Notes under the pieces: model-generated | Seen by the model: the letters and a program-made list of their open reading frames with translations, nothing else | What the model was told of the DNA's origin: nothing | The model's database searches: none | Shown: in pieces, positions 15,401-30,100 of the stretch | How positions within the stretch are numbered: position 1 is the stretch's first letter | Layout of the letters: each line of letters starts with the position of its first letter | Assembly (NCBI GenBank): GCA_964016885.1 | Contig: OZ024743.1 | Location: 12,400,001-12,464,000 of the forward strand | Source: Eledone cirrhosa | Taxonomy: Eukaryota | Reading direction: 5' to 3' | Length of the DNA stretch: 64,000 nt | Made by a program: the position numbers and the translations under genes

Positions 15401-18400
15401 TATAGATCCCGTAAGGGTGAAAAGCAAGGCTAACCTCGGTGGGATTTGATAATAATAATAATGATGATGATGATGATGATGATGATGACGATGGTGAGGA
15501 GGACAACGACGGTAAAGAGGAGGAGGATGGTGGTGGTGGTCGTGGTGGTGGTGATGACGATGATGATGGTAATGAGGAGGAATTTTGTTTACCATTTTTA
15601 GAACAAAGTAATAAACACAAAGAATGTTTTATAATATCTTTGCCAATTTCTTCCTCTAAGCGCTCCAAAATGTTCTCCAACAAACTTTGGGCTGTTTCTG
15701 GGAAAGATGCAACTTTCTCTGTGACCTAAAAATAAATGTTTCTATAATATTTAATAGTTTCTATAATATTTAATTTATAATAGCAGATGATTTTGTTATC
15801 AATTTTGTTTAAAAAACTGAATAAAAGGGAAAAAACATTCTTCAAAATAACTTTTATTTCCATTCATTTTTGTTTTGTTTTGTTTTGATTTCATTCTTAT
15901 TTATTTTCTAATTTATTTCATTGTAAAATTTTAAATAGAAAAAAATTCAGTTGTTTTTAAAGATAAATTACAGAATCCATTTGAAGTAATTTTAAAACAC
16001 TGAAATTAAAATGTAAAGGAAAACCTTTGGAAGTTCAGGTTTGTTTTGTTTTCCAGCAAATTTCAATTCAAGTTTGAAATAAATTTTAATTTCAGATTAC
16101 ACTGGTCTCAATTTTCTTAATATCAAATCTTAAACTAAATAAAAATTTTAAATTGAAAAAATTAGAATTTTACTGTTAATCACAAGAGTCGATAAGACCA
16201 GCTCTTAACTCTGCCATTGCTAGCCCTAGGTTAGTAATGATTGAGCAGATTCTTTTTTTTTTTAACTTAGGAGAAAGGAAAGTATCCATGACCTTTGACA
16301 AGTGCTTCCAAGATTGATACAAGTGAGGAAGAAAGATAATTTCAAACCAAAAACCCAAATATTTGCAACAGAATTGACTCTGTGAAAGGAACTCAAGAGC
16401 CATATGGTGATGTTAACCTGGGTACCTGGTGAAGTCTAGCACCCAAGTAGGCTATGGTTGGATTTGAACTCAAAAAGCAAATACCAGAAGGCATCCTATC
16501 TGATGACTCCATCAGTTCATGGCCATACACAAGTATTTTATTAATCTTAGAAGAAGAAAGGAAAAGTTGTTCTCAATGAAATTTGTACGCAGAATAAAAG
16601 GAACTAGAATAAATACTGCAAGGCATTTCAACCAGCACTCTAATAACAATTCATCTATACTCAAAGCTTTTCAAATCATGAACATCCCATCTTTCTTTCA
16701 GGCAATATGGTATCCAGGATCTCATTATCCAACATGAATTATATGCCATCAGTTGGTAAGGTGTGATTTGGGGGTGATATGGTTTTTATTTGTAGCAGGT
16801 CAAATGTCCACATTGAGGCCACATTAAGTGGGTGAAAGATGAATTCCACTCTGGTATATTACAGGTAGCTTTTCCTCAAGGAGAAGAGGAAATTGAATTC
16901 AGCACTGAGGGCCAACAAAAATAAAGTAATCAAAACGTAACCAATAAGAGGTAGCAGTTTTCCTACAGTTTTGAAAACAGCAAAGGATAACTGGATAATG
17001 TAGCCTTAAGTACACTCTGCTAGAAATAACATTCAGATCTCTCTCAAATTGTGCATTACTATCTTTTAAAAAAGATATACACACTGGATAGTCCAAGATA
17101 CACTATATCTGCAACAAAAAAGATAGGATAGTCAAAGCTGAAACGTTTCTGATTATAGGCCAGCTTGATCAGAACTGACCTATACCTTAACAATAACATA
17201 TAACAAAATAAAAATCTAATTATATTAAGTAAAAACATTAATTGATGATTTGAGAAGTGTATTTTCACTTAATAATTTTTTCATAAAAGGGTTCTTTAAA
17301 AGCTAAAGTCAAAAGGAAAAAAATGACTTACTTTGTCAAAGACACCAAAAACACGCATTTCTTCACAAGCAATTTGAAGGAAGAATGGATTTGATGCTTC
17401 TTTCTTCCAAGCCAGTACTTTCAGCTAAATAAAGATATAAACAAATATTGAACATTAATTCTTTTTATATCACAAAGATCCTTAAATCCAACATTCAATT
17501 CCTGTTTCTGCAGCACTAAGCACATGAGAAATATGTCACTCACTGGGTAAAAATACCAGATTTTCAAAGAGATTTTCTCACAGGATTAATTTAACAATGC
17601 AAATCTTCACTACAAGCTAATAAATATACTTCTGCTGCTTATATTGATGGACTATGCCTATCCTATGTATTTATTTAAAACTATGTGGCCTGCCTTGTGG
17701 AGATCCAAAGCAGCATCAATGACAAAAGTTGAACTAAAGACTTCTTAACTGGGGTTGTTCAGAGCCTTATCAACTAAACCATCTGTCTTCTCATATTAAC
17801 ATTGAACTGCAGTAAACTGTGATTCTCTTATGGGTACACAGTGCATGTGCATGCATATGTTTATATACTACCAAGGCTTTTCATCTAGAGACCTTAATAA
17901 TATATTAATCAATTCAACTAACTGCAATACCCAACAACATATGTAAAAACTCAAAAACTCTACTGATATATAAAAATGTATCAAAAGCATACCTGATTGT
18001 TAAAAAAAGATTCACTAAGAGCTTTTCTGTAGGCACCCAAAGAATTTCGTATGATTTGCAGTCTTTCAGTCATAACCAAACCTGGCACCATAAAAGAGCA
18101 AACATCTTTCCTTCGGAGCAGGTTTTTATGGTATAAACCAGAATTCTCAACAGACAATATAAAGATCACACCCTGGAAGAATAAAAACAGAAATACATCT
18201 CAACACTTACAGAAACTTTTATCATGTATGTATGGACCTGTAAGTTCTTATGGAGTCATAGGGGCCTGTAGTGATATACAGTATGTCTTGGGCATTTTAA
18301 ACCTAGCAGGACCCATTCCCTCTCTAAGTCTGAACACAGCTGATTTCTTTTGGAGAAGGAGAGAGGAGTACAAAAGAGATATAGAGGAAGAATCAACCCC

Positions 18401-21400
18401 AGTGTTGGCAGGTACTTTTTTATCAACTTTTTTATGAAAGCAAAGTTGAACTTGGGAGGTTTTGAACTCGGAGTGCAGAGAGCCAGAACAAATACTGCAA
18501 AGCAGTCTATCTAACATTCTAAAAACTCTGCCAGTTCACCACCTAGTTTTATCTTACAGATAGTTATACTCCCTGGAGTGGATACGGGAGAGATATGCAG
18601 TGATATACATATGGAAGATCCTGGAAGAGTTAGCATCAAATTTTGACATTGAAGGCAGGACCAGGCCATGAACAGGGTGCCACTGTATAGTGCCAAAAAT
18701 CCAATCTGCCACATCGAGAATAAGGACCACACACTGCAATAACCTGGGTTCAAGGAACCCCAGCTTTTTAATAAAGAGATCTATATAGTGTACTTTTAGA
18801 TGTTTTCAAGAGACATCTCGACATTCTACTAACCAAGATCCCAGATGAATCCACAGCACAAAGTGAAGCACAAATAAGAACAGCAGCAACAAACTCCCTT
18901 TTGCATCAATGGCCAACTAGGGAAGGCTGGCTAAAGAAAGTGTAGCATCAATAGCAGTGCTCCAGCATGACCCTCAGCTGGAACACATGATAGAAAGTTT
19001 AATATGTTAACTAAGATATAATTGTGATTCAAATATGAAAAGTAGACTTATTAATGATAGAGGAGACCATTGTAGAAGTGGCATGAGATAAATGTCAGCT
19101 TATCCAATAAGCTTTTATATATTTACCTTTGGAACTTCACACAACCAAGTCAAATTCTGAGGTTGATAGATATTATCAAATAGATCTAGTCCATCGATGA
19201 ATACAAGAATCTTTCCATTGGTTAAATGGTGACACTGAGTCAGCATTTGAGAAAAGGTCATCAGAATATTTCTGAAAAGTAAATATCATATAATAATTTC
19301 TGTTCATCAAATAACATAAGATTGTTCAAATAATGTATTTTGTTTAAAGAAAGCACCATCAGAATGTTTCTGTAATGTAAATATTATGTGATTTCAGTTT
19401 TACAATAACCTTGGGATATTGGAGATGCATGACTTAATTGTTAGTGTTGGGCTCCAAATTGAAAGTTGTGGCTTCAATCTCCAGACTGGGTGGTGTGCAG
19501 TGTCCTTGGGCAAAGTACTTCATTTCAAGTTGCTCCAGTTCACTCAACTAAAAATGAACACCAACAAGTAACTGGGAGTTAACCTTGCAACATCCAGGGA
19601 AGAGTTTTGTGCTCTCAGTCACTTAAAAATTATGATGATGATGAGGAGAAGGAGGAGGTGGAGGAAGAAGAAGAGGAGGGGGTCATTTCATCAGTAGTTT
19701 GGCTCCTTAACCTTTCAGATATTGTTCCTCCATAACCATTGTACCACTTTACAAATTACAAGAGGAAAACAAAAGAAAATAGTCAGTACTTGATTCCTTT
19801 GAAAAGACAGGATGGGTGGCTTGCATAGCATTATGATGAAAGTAGAGTGACCTGCTGATTTATTCTAGTTTGGGTAGAATCTTGCACTACATACACTTAG
19901 AAACCTTCTTTGTCTGCTTGTGGTAGGCAGCAAAATGTATTATATACAATCTAGCCAATTTGATACCAACCTGACTCAAACCAGCTCATGTTCTATGATA
20001 CAACCACCTGCCCCACTTTAAAAGGTTCTTTTTTTAAATTTAAATCTTCCAACATAATTTTATATAAGAACCATATGTTATGTTGCTATCTTAGTAATGA
20101 AATACTGATTATTTTTCGTAAATGTTTCAAAATACTTCATTAATTAAATACAATAGAGGGTATTTCATTAGAAATATGGCCATGAAAGTGTTAAACAAAT
20201 TTTACAAAAAACCATTCTCTTACTTGTATTCCTTTGGAACAGGAGCCTCTAGATTATTGCTGTTTTTCATTTGGTAGCAAAATCGTTTCAAAACTAACAT
20301 GATATTGGTAGAATCAGGAGCAACACCAGTTATATTTACTAGAACATTAGATGCCACAGCATACTGCTTAGAAATGCATTCATGTACAAGTTTAGACTGA
20401 AAACAGAAAAATGAAAGAGAAATATGATTTAGAAATTACAAAATACATTTATACATGTGAAATATGATGCTAAACAACAAATTCTTAGTTTGATACCTGT
20501 AGGCAGTTTTGTGAATTTTTTTCTATCTTATTGCATGCGTACAAATGTATTATTTACGTTTAAGTTTATCATAAAAAACCTCAGCCATTTATATTATATG
20601 TGGGGAGCATGTGTGTGCGTCTGTGTGTGCGTCTATGTGTGTCTGTCTGTATGTTCTTCTGGCTTTATAATTTTATAAATTTTTACCAATAGAAAGAAAG
20701 TCAGTTTTTAACAAAGATAAAGGACTCTTTGTATGTGTGTGTGTGTGTAAGTACATACGTACATATGTATGTATACTATTAGAAGATGAATGTTTATAAA
20801 TTGTAACTGAGTTTTACATTACTGATTATTGAAACAATTAAAGTAGAGAAACAACACAACGGTATATAAGCAAAAAATATTCACCAATACATCACTATGG
20901 TTTTGTTTGGTTGCAGAAAAAATGTTAGAGAATGCATTGTACATCATCTATAACATATGATGTTTTAATGTCTTCAGTATCATGGATATGTACACTTTGC
21001 ATGGGTGGTTGGTGACAGGAAGGGCACCTCGCTGAGGAAACTATACCTAAGAGGGTTAAGAGAACCCTTCAGCTGTGTCGAGGACACAACAACCTCTAGT
21101 GTTAGATGATAAATGCATCCAATACATGCTGTAAAGTGATTGGTGATTGGAAAGGGCATCCATCCATAGAAACCTTGCCAAACAAAGGGTTGTGAGGACC
21201 CTTTAGTTATGTTAAGGATATAGCACCCTCCCTAGTGCTGGTAATCTACTCATTAAAAGCACCCTCTACATACTATGAAGTGGTTGGTGATAGGAAGAGC
21301 ATCCAGCTGTAGAAAACTTGGCAAACAAGGGGTTAGGAGGATCCTTCACTGATCTAAAATAGTGATAATTATGATGGTGATATATATATTTATATAAATA

Positions 21401-21759
21401 TATGATATTTGATCTGCAATGATTTTCAATACTGAATGATCTTGGTATTTGCTTTGTTTTCGGTGCAAAACCCAATTCATATTTCCTCCTTGGAATATCA
21501 TCTTCTCCATGCCCCTTAGATCATACAGCCACCACCACATATTTCAGCATACAGATATGAAAGATATGATAGTCAGAAGAGGGAGTTAGAAATGGGTTAG
21601 ATAGAAATATTTGAATGAGGTGAGAGAAGTTTAAGACATGGATCATAAGTTTATATGAACTAAAGATCAAGGAAAGACCCTAAATTAGATAGCAGAATTA
21701 AAGACATAAGAGATGTGAAACAAGTATTCGTCATCATCATCATTGCCATCACCACTATC

Positions 21760-21791
<32 letters not shown>

Positions 21792-24075
21792 CACCACCAT
21801 TATCATCATCATCATCACCACCATTATCATCATCATCATCATCACCACCATTATCATCATCATCATCATCACCACCACCACCACCACCACCATCATCATC
21901 ATTTAATATCTATTATTCCACATTTGTATAGGTTAGACGGGTTGTCACATTATGAGACAAGTCAGATCAGGTGACTCCTGACTTGCTCATAAGGAACTGT
22001 ATTTTGAAATGGTTTCTACTACTGGATGCCCTTCCTAATGTCAACCATGTTACAGTGCTTTTTATCATGGCACCAAAATGACCAACTAACAGAGTGGACT
22101 AGGCAATTTTTGTTGTGTTGCCAGCATGACCACCATACAGGGGGGACTGGATGCTTTTTCTCATGTCACCAATATAACTACCTTACAGTATTGATTGGAT
22201 GCTTTTGGTGTTGTGGCATCAGATCAGCTTATAGGTTGGACTTAGTGCTTTTCGTCATGGCAACAGCATTGTGGGAGATCAGATATAGAGTCTGTCCAGT
22301 TTTCATGCTTGAATACATGGGTTGGGCAGATGAGGTGTATCAGGGGCGAGGGTTTTGGGGAGGGTAAATAAGCAAGTTTGACATGGATGAGGTACATGGG
22401 ATATTTAGCTGGTGAGGTCGGGGTTTTAAAACTGGGGAGGTTTAATAGGGAGAAGTGAAGAGAAGATTGGTGCGGACTAGTAATTAATTAATGGATAGAA
22501 TTAAATTTAAAAGAAAGAGGGCATGAAAGAAAGAATGAAATAAACATCGAAAGGAAAAAAATGGAAGTAGGAAAGTAAAAAAGATAGTCAGGAATAAAAG
22601 TAAAAGAAAAAAATAAATGAAGTTGATTAAAACAAATAATATAAACTCACAAGAAAAGCAGATTTACCACAACCAGCTTTGCCTTCAATCAATAGAATAC
22701 CTGAAGCCATACTTTTTATTTTGCCCAAGCAATTGTCCAGCAAAGCTTTTCGACCAATAAACAAAGCTTGCTGTTTCGCAACAAACATTTGATGTAAATT
22801 TTTCATCTGCTTTTCAGTTGTATTCTTTGTAGCAGGCTGGAAACCAAGAAAAAATAGATGAGTTTTTAGAATAGGTATACCATATATACTTGCTTAACAT
22901 AAGAGATGACCAGTCTCTGCTCTGTATGTGTGTGGTGTGTGTGTATGTGTGGTGTGTGTATGTGTGGTGTGTGTGTATGTGTGTGCGTGTGTGTGTGCGT
23001 GTTTGTGTATGCAGAGTATCATATGTATATTTGCTAAAACTACATAAAATTCTAAATACAGAACCACAAAAAAATAATTCTAAAATCCTTCCTAATATTA
23101 TAGTCATGCAGTGCAAAAATATTGTTGGAGGCTCTCTTATTAACCTGCAGCTGACATTAGAGATAATGTCAGACAAGAATGACTAATGAAGGATGTGTAC
23201 TGAAACCAGGAAAATGAAGGACATACATACAAATTATTCTAAACAAAATCTTCAGAATATATGTTGACTATTTGATAGATAGTTGATGTTACTTGAATCA
23301 TGTCTCTGAATTACACAATTCCTATTGTCCAAGTTATTGAAGTAAGCTAAAATATTTACAAACACATCAAAATATGATTTAACAGTAAAACCAACAGGCA
23401 AAAGACCCAGGGGTAGATCCCGTGCAAGATGGTTAGATAATATCCATGAGCTTGGCTGACCATACTTGGGAATTCAGCCAGATCAGCTGGAAATGGTTGC
23501 TTCTGAGAGGACCCAACCCACTGGAATAAGTGTTTGAGGGCTCTGACCCCACAACCCTCTCAAGAAGAAGAAGAAAAAGAAAAAGAAAAAGAAGAAGAAG
23601 AAGAATACCCTCCATCAGGCATCTACCATACTCTGAGCACCTTGCTTCCCTGGGCATACATTGAAGCTCCGACACCTGGCAACTGATTTGGTAAACATCC
23701 ACAAAATTGTTAACCATCTTGCCAACAACAACCCTGAGTACCTTTTTGATTTCCATGTGTCTAACACACGTGGGCATGCCTTTCGGAAACATTTTTTCAC
23801 ACTCAGAGTTGCTGAAGCATGGAACAAACTACCTGCATCAGTTGTTAGCTGTCGAGACACTGCATCCTTTAAGGCCTGCATGCTTCCCGAGATTCGCCAA
23901 CACTACACCTAATGTTCCCCCTCCATACACATACACACATGTATATCATGACTCATACACTATTCACTTCCCTGACATTTGTGTATTATTCTATGTACTA
24001 TACATGCACCTTTGACGAGTTGTAGTGCACCTGAGCACTGTACACAATAATTTCATTATTATTATTATTTTTTAT

Positions 24076-24106
<31 letters not shown>

Positions 24107-27100
24107 AAGAAGAAGAAGAAGAAGAAGAAGAAGAAGAAGAAGAAGAAAAAAAAAGAAGAAGACCAAAATACTTTTCAGTATTTAGTTACATTCCTTTATG
24201 TTTTGAGTTCAAATCTTACTGTGTTGAACTGTCTTTCAGCCTTTATGGAGTTGATTAAATATATATAAGTTAAACACTGGGAGCAAATTAATGAACTGTA
24301 CCAAACCCCAGAATTTCTGACAATGTGCCAATGTTTTAAATCAATATCATTGTAAAGGAGGTGGATCATAGAATCCACAGAATATCAGACAAGAGGCTTT
24401 GCATCCATTTCTTTCTGAGTACTAATTACACTAAGATTGACTTTGTCTTTCAGTCTTATCAACAAAATAAACTACAAGTCAAGGTGCTTGAAGAAAATCC
24501 TGAATATTTCATACCTTGATCAGTGGTAAGAAACTCTCAGGAGAGCTGGACAGCAGAGGGTCTTCAGAGAAGAAACTACCTCATGCAAGTGTTTCTGTCC
24601 TTATCAGAAATAAAGAAATCTTAATAAAAGTATCACTGTGAAGATTTTGAGACATGGTAAAAGAACACAGAATGCAACTGGCTAATCATGTCTTACAGCA
24701 ACCATATCATTAGTATGCATAAACAGCATCGAGATGGTTACCAATAGGAAGGAGGAGACAGAGATGATTAGGGGCCACATGGTATTACAGCCTTTCTGTA
24801 GGACAGGAAGGCTGTAAACAGATACTGGACAAATACAGACTGATCAAGAACACTGAAGGAAGACTACCAACTGAGAAGCGAACATGCATGGAGTGGACTG
24901 GGTATCTGATTGATTTAACTGACCATGATCCACTACAATATTTACCTCTAAAATATATAAATTTGAGGACTTTCTCTATGTTAGTAGAAAAAATACATCA
25001 TATTAACGAGTTATTTTAATTATATTTTAAAGAATCAGAAGTGAAAATCCAAACAATTATCTCTACCTGATCAGTTATATACAAAGACTTCACAGCATTT
25101 TGTATTTGATGAAAAATTCGTTTTGCAAAATATTCCAAACCTGATGAAAAGGCCACACCATCTTTTACTCCACCCCATTCAGCAGGATATCTAAAATGAA
25201 AAATACATGAATATTTGTTTTCTCAATATACAAGGATGAATTGATATGCAAATTTTACAAGATGAATTCTAATCTTAAGTCAAATTCTCTATTGAAGATT
25301 AAACAAGGTTTTCAATACGGAATTCATGTATTTTTCAAACAAAATGTGGATGCAGAAACAATTGATATTTGAAAGAGAATAACCAGTTCAATGGAGTAAT
25401 AGAAGTTCATAGAAAACAATTTCTATAAGACAAGTGTAATCACTATCATCAGCAATATTGATGTCATAACAACAACACCATTTCAGTATTCATTTTTCTA
25501 TACTGCCATAGATTGGACAAGTTGGTTGTACATTAAATAGATCTCTCATTGTTTTCCAGTAGTTTGATCAACAGAAGAACATATAAACTGAATTTGCTTG
25601 TAGGTAGCTGAGTATTTCACAGGCATGTGTACACTATTAAGTTTATTCTATGTAAAAATATATCATGTAAATACAATTTAATAAAAAAAAAAATGAAAAG
25701 AAAATTAGATTGAGAAGAAAGAGTGGAATGTAAAATAAGAAAATATTTTTAAAACAAACAGAAAAGGAAGGGAATGGCAAGGGCTCTAGGGTGAGGCGGT
25801 AATGGGCTGTACCCCACGGACAAGACTGCAAAAGAATTCCTTCATTTCACAAGCCTCCACATGGTTTCCATCTGCACAATTTCACTTACTAGGCTTAGGT
25901 CACCCAAGATACAACCCATGGTGATCAAACTCAGGACCTCATGATTGCAATTTGAATTTCTTAACCATTCGACTATGCTTATGTCATATTTGTAAAGTAA
26001 ATAGCCACAAATCTCAGTATTTTATACGCTATCTTAAAATCAGTATATCATCTTACTATCTTAAGATCTGACCACGTGCCTTCTTTCTGACTTCCTCTTA
26101 CATCAATGCAGATTTCTCCACCTATCTTCTCTTATCCATTCAGGTGGAAATGGTGGTGGTGGTGGTGGTGATAATGATGGTGGTGGTGGTGGTGGTGGTG
26201 GAAATGGTGGTGGTGGTGATGGTGATAATGATGATGATATAGGATGAAATGTTCATTTAATACAAATTTCTTACCCATTGCAAACATCAAAACCAGATTT
26301 TTTGATTTTTTTTTTAAGCGAATCCATTTTTTCTTGCTTATCACTGTTCTCAGCAACAAAATACGTCATCCATTTCTTTGGAACTTTCCTGCAAATATCA
26401 AAGACTACCTTTCAGCAAGATTGGCAATTTAAGCCACAGGAAATATACAACCAAATAACATTCAAGCAGATTAACTTTGATGTAGTTTCTCTTTTGTATT
26501 TCCTTTTCTTTTCTATGCGCATGTGTGTGTGTGGGGGGGGGGGGGGGGGGGGTGCAAGCTAAAGAGACAATTGTTTGTAGTGGCAGAGTGGTGGTGCTGG
26601 TAGTGGCTGTGGTAGTGGTGATCAGCATAATTATCATGACCATCATCATTTAAAGCATACAACATACCCAGAAAATAAAGTGATAGGAATGGAATAGTGA
26701 GTAGAAACGAAAATGCGATGCAAATGACTGGTTGGTAATCTATAGGCATGATTCTAAATTCAATATACTTCATTTTATCTCACTACTTGGAATAGGAGCC
26801 AAGTCTTGGAAATCCATACAGACATAGCTGTGTGGTTAAGAAGTTCACTTCACAGCCACATGGTTTCAGGTTTAATCCCACTGCGAGGTATCTTAGGCAT
26901 ATATCTGTCTTCTACACCATAATTTCAGAATGACTAATGCATGTGAGTGGAATTTGGTAAGCACAAACTGCAGAAGCTAGTCATAGGCGAGTGTGCATGT
27001 GTGTGTATTTGCTTGCATATCTTTTGCCAGTATATAGGATATATTGGTGAAGAAAATATAAAAAATACAATGCATTACAAACAAATTTCCTTGAGATATA

Positions 27101-30100
27101 TGCATTGTCATTCTTATCAGAAATGCAGTGATCCAATAACTTGCCCACTTGACACCTGAAACCTATAATGCTATGGTTCCCAAATTGCAATATCTAAAAA
27201 CAAAATATTCTTGAAATATTACTACACATAGCTAGACATCTTATCCAGAAGAAAATCGATCTCTTTCACTAAACTCCTAACATCCTGTTATGATTTAGCA
27301 GAAAATATCTATAAAAGAATTTGTTAATTCAAACGATTGTATTATCTTTACTAGTGTACAGATTGTTGTGACAATTTGCAGAAAGATAAAGTAAAGACTT
27401 TAATTTTTAAATGATGCAGTCATATTGCTGTTTTGTACATTTCAATGTGATGTTAAAAGTTAATGACATGAAATTGCAATTAAACAATGGTCCTTATAAG
27501 AACTTTGAACATTTTTGAAGATATTTATAAATTTTTTTTTAATGTATCTCGGTTTTTTGCTAGACACGTAGCTTTGATCTGCTCTAGCTAACATGACTGA
27601 ACTAAACATTAGTCTCATTCCTACTATGGACACACACACTCTTATCATTTGTTTGTTCTAGTAGTTAGTCATGTCAAAGAAATAACTAGTTGTTGAACAG
27701 TTAGTGGTAGGAAGCAGTGAGGCAGGAGCTGTTGCTAGCAGTTTTCTGTGGTAATGCTTTCACCATTCTGTCCATGGAGCACATCTGAGATATACTGCCT
27801 AGACTAGAGTGTTGAGTCTGCCACTCCTCTCTTTTCCCCTTTACTTTCATTATTTAATCTTTGTGTTTTTCTTTTTTATTGTAAACATCATATAATTTAA
27901 TTGAAATTTGTTGAATAAAATTTATGATACCAGCCCATCTATGTTAGTATGGAAGAAATAGTTGAACAATAGTTAAAAGTCATTATCATCGCCACCAGTG
28001 GTTTATATCTGATTTTCCATGCTGGCATGGGTAGGATGACAATAGCAGTGATGATGATGATGATCATGGCAATGGTTCCAATGCCATTGCTGCCAACAAT
28101 AGAGATAGTAATCCTGATTTTTAGCATAAGCATAGGAACACATATTCATAGTTCTTTATATCGAGCAGAATATTTAATTGGTATTTATCGTTGTTAACTA
28201 TGGAAATGTGAATAGCTGTGCCCCAGCATGGCCACATTCTAATGATTGACGCCAGTAAAATAATAAATGGTGGTGATGATGATTAAGTGATGATGATTAA
28301 GGAACCTCTATATGGTTACGCAATGGTGGGGGTGGAGGTAGAGAAGACAATGATGACAACAGCAACTATAGTAACAATAGCAATGGTGTTGTGTTGTTGT
28401 TGTTGTTACTATTTGACCCCATCTCATGTTTAATCAAGCAGAACAATGATCAAAGATGTTCCAGCCATGACCATTCCATCCTTTGATTCATCAGTAGTTT
28501 ATCTATGACAAACATTATCTAATATGTCAATCCCTTTTTTTGTTATTTCTTTAAGATGACATGGTATAATTTGAAGGAGATTTATTTGGCTATTGTTTAT
28601 AGCAGGAAAAAGCAATTGCACAGAAGATCTCTTGTTGGCTTGGTCATGGTGATGCTGATAGAGGTATACATAATAAAATCATATTATCAGTAAAAATTTG
28701 AGAGAAAAAAGAAAAATACAAAGATCTAAAGATTACACTTACAATGAAAACTGATCATCTCGGAAGTAGAAGAATGCAGTTTTCTTTGTTAAATCAGGAT
28801 GTGAGAGTGCAGCAATGTGCATTTCTAATTCTGTAATAGATGGTTCTCCTTCATATTCACGTACCCAGTCAAAGTCTGAATTAGCTGGAATGTTCTCTTT
28901 TCTTGGCACCCAGCCATAACGTTCTCCAAGAATTCCAATGAACAGATCACTGTTTGATGCTTCAGCTAAGCAGATAGCAAGATTTCTGAAAGATTAAAAA
29001 ATGTCAAATATACATAAATACAATAAATGGGTCTCAGTCAGTTTCATCGATGAGTATTAGGTTGTGTGATCAACAAGAATACCTGACCATTGAATTAATG
29101 TGTAGGTGGGTGAGTATTCCTTAGACATGTGTACTCTTAAAGTAATCCTCATGCAGAATTAGCATAAAACAGTGTGTGAGAAGGCTGGACCTTGGAATTA
29201 CAGGTACAATCCATCTGATAGGCTTCTACACATATTCTTTCTACTCAATTTGCTTGATCCAAGGCTATGGTAAAAGACACTTGACCAAAACAGTGAGATC
29301 AACCATGGGACTTCATAATTGTGAAGCAAAAACTATTTAGCCATTCAACTAAGATGTGTCCACCATACATAAATATATACATACATACATTACATACATG
29401 CATATGTTGCATATGTACACACACACACACACACACACAAATACAAGTACTGTAATTGTTTAATTTTGTTTAACCCCAGTTCTTTATTTTATCAATGTCA
29501 GAAGTAGAATAAAAGACAATCAACTTCATCATCATCATCATCACCGTTTTACGTCCGTTCTTCCACGCTAGCATGGGTTAGACGGGTTGTCCTGTTGTGG
29601 GCAGTGTCTGGTCGGCTGACCATGCCTTGCTCATACAGGAACTGATCTGGCTTGATTTCTACAGCTGGATGCCCTTCCTAACACCAACCTCATTTACAGT
29701 GAGTGCTGGGTGCTTTTTCGTGGCGCCTACACGTCCACTTTACAGTGTGGGCTGGGTGCTTTTTTGCCGTGGCACCTCCACGGCCACCTTGCGGTGGGGG
29801 GTGGGGGGGCATATTGTTTATATGCTTCAGCATGTACCCATGGGAGGTCGGGTACCCTGTATTACTGCGTGACGCCAGAAGTCACGGTCGTGTGTCATTG
29901 ACTTTGAGAGGTGTAGTTGGGTAAGGTCGGCTTTTATCACCTCATCCCAAGTCATCTTGGGTCTCCCCACTCCGCGGTTTCCATCAACTTCTAGTGCTCT
30001 GCACCTTTTTATGCAGCTGTCATCCTTCATACGCATCACATGTCCATACCAGCGTAACCGCCTCTCCTGCACGCAGCATTTGATTCCTCTTATGCTCAGT

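Noticed and set aside
21660-21931. Poly-M/I/S ORFs; similar low-complexity ORFs at 14593, 15384-15729, 26132, 45763-46565
   Set aside because: These are translations of microsatellites or purine-rich tracts.
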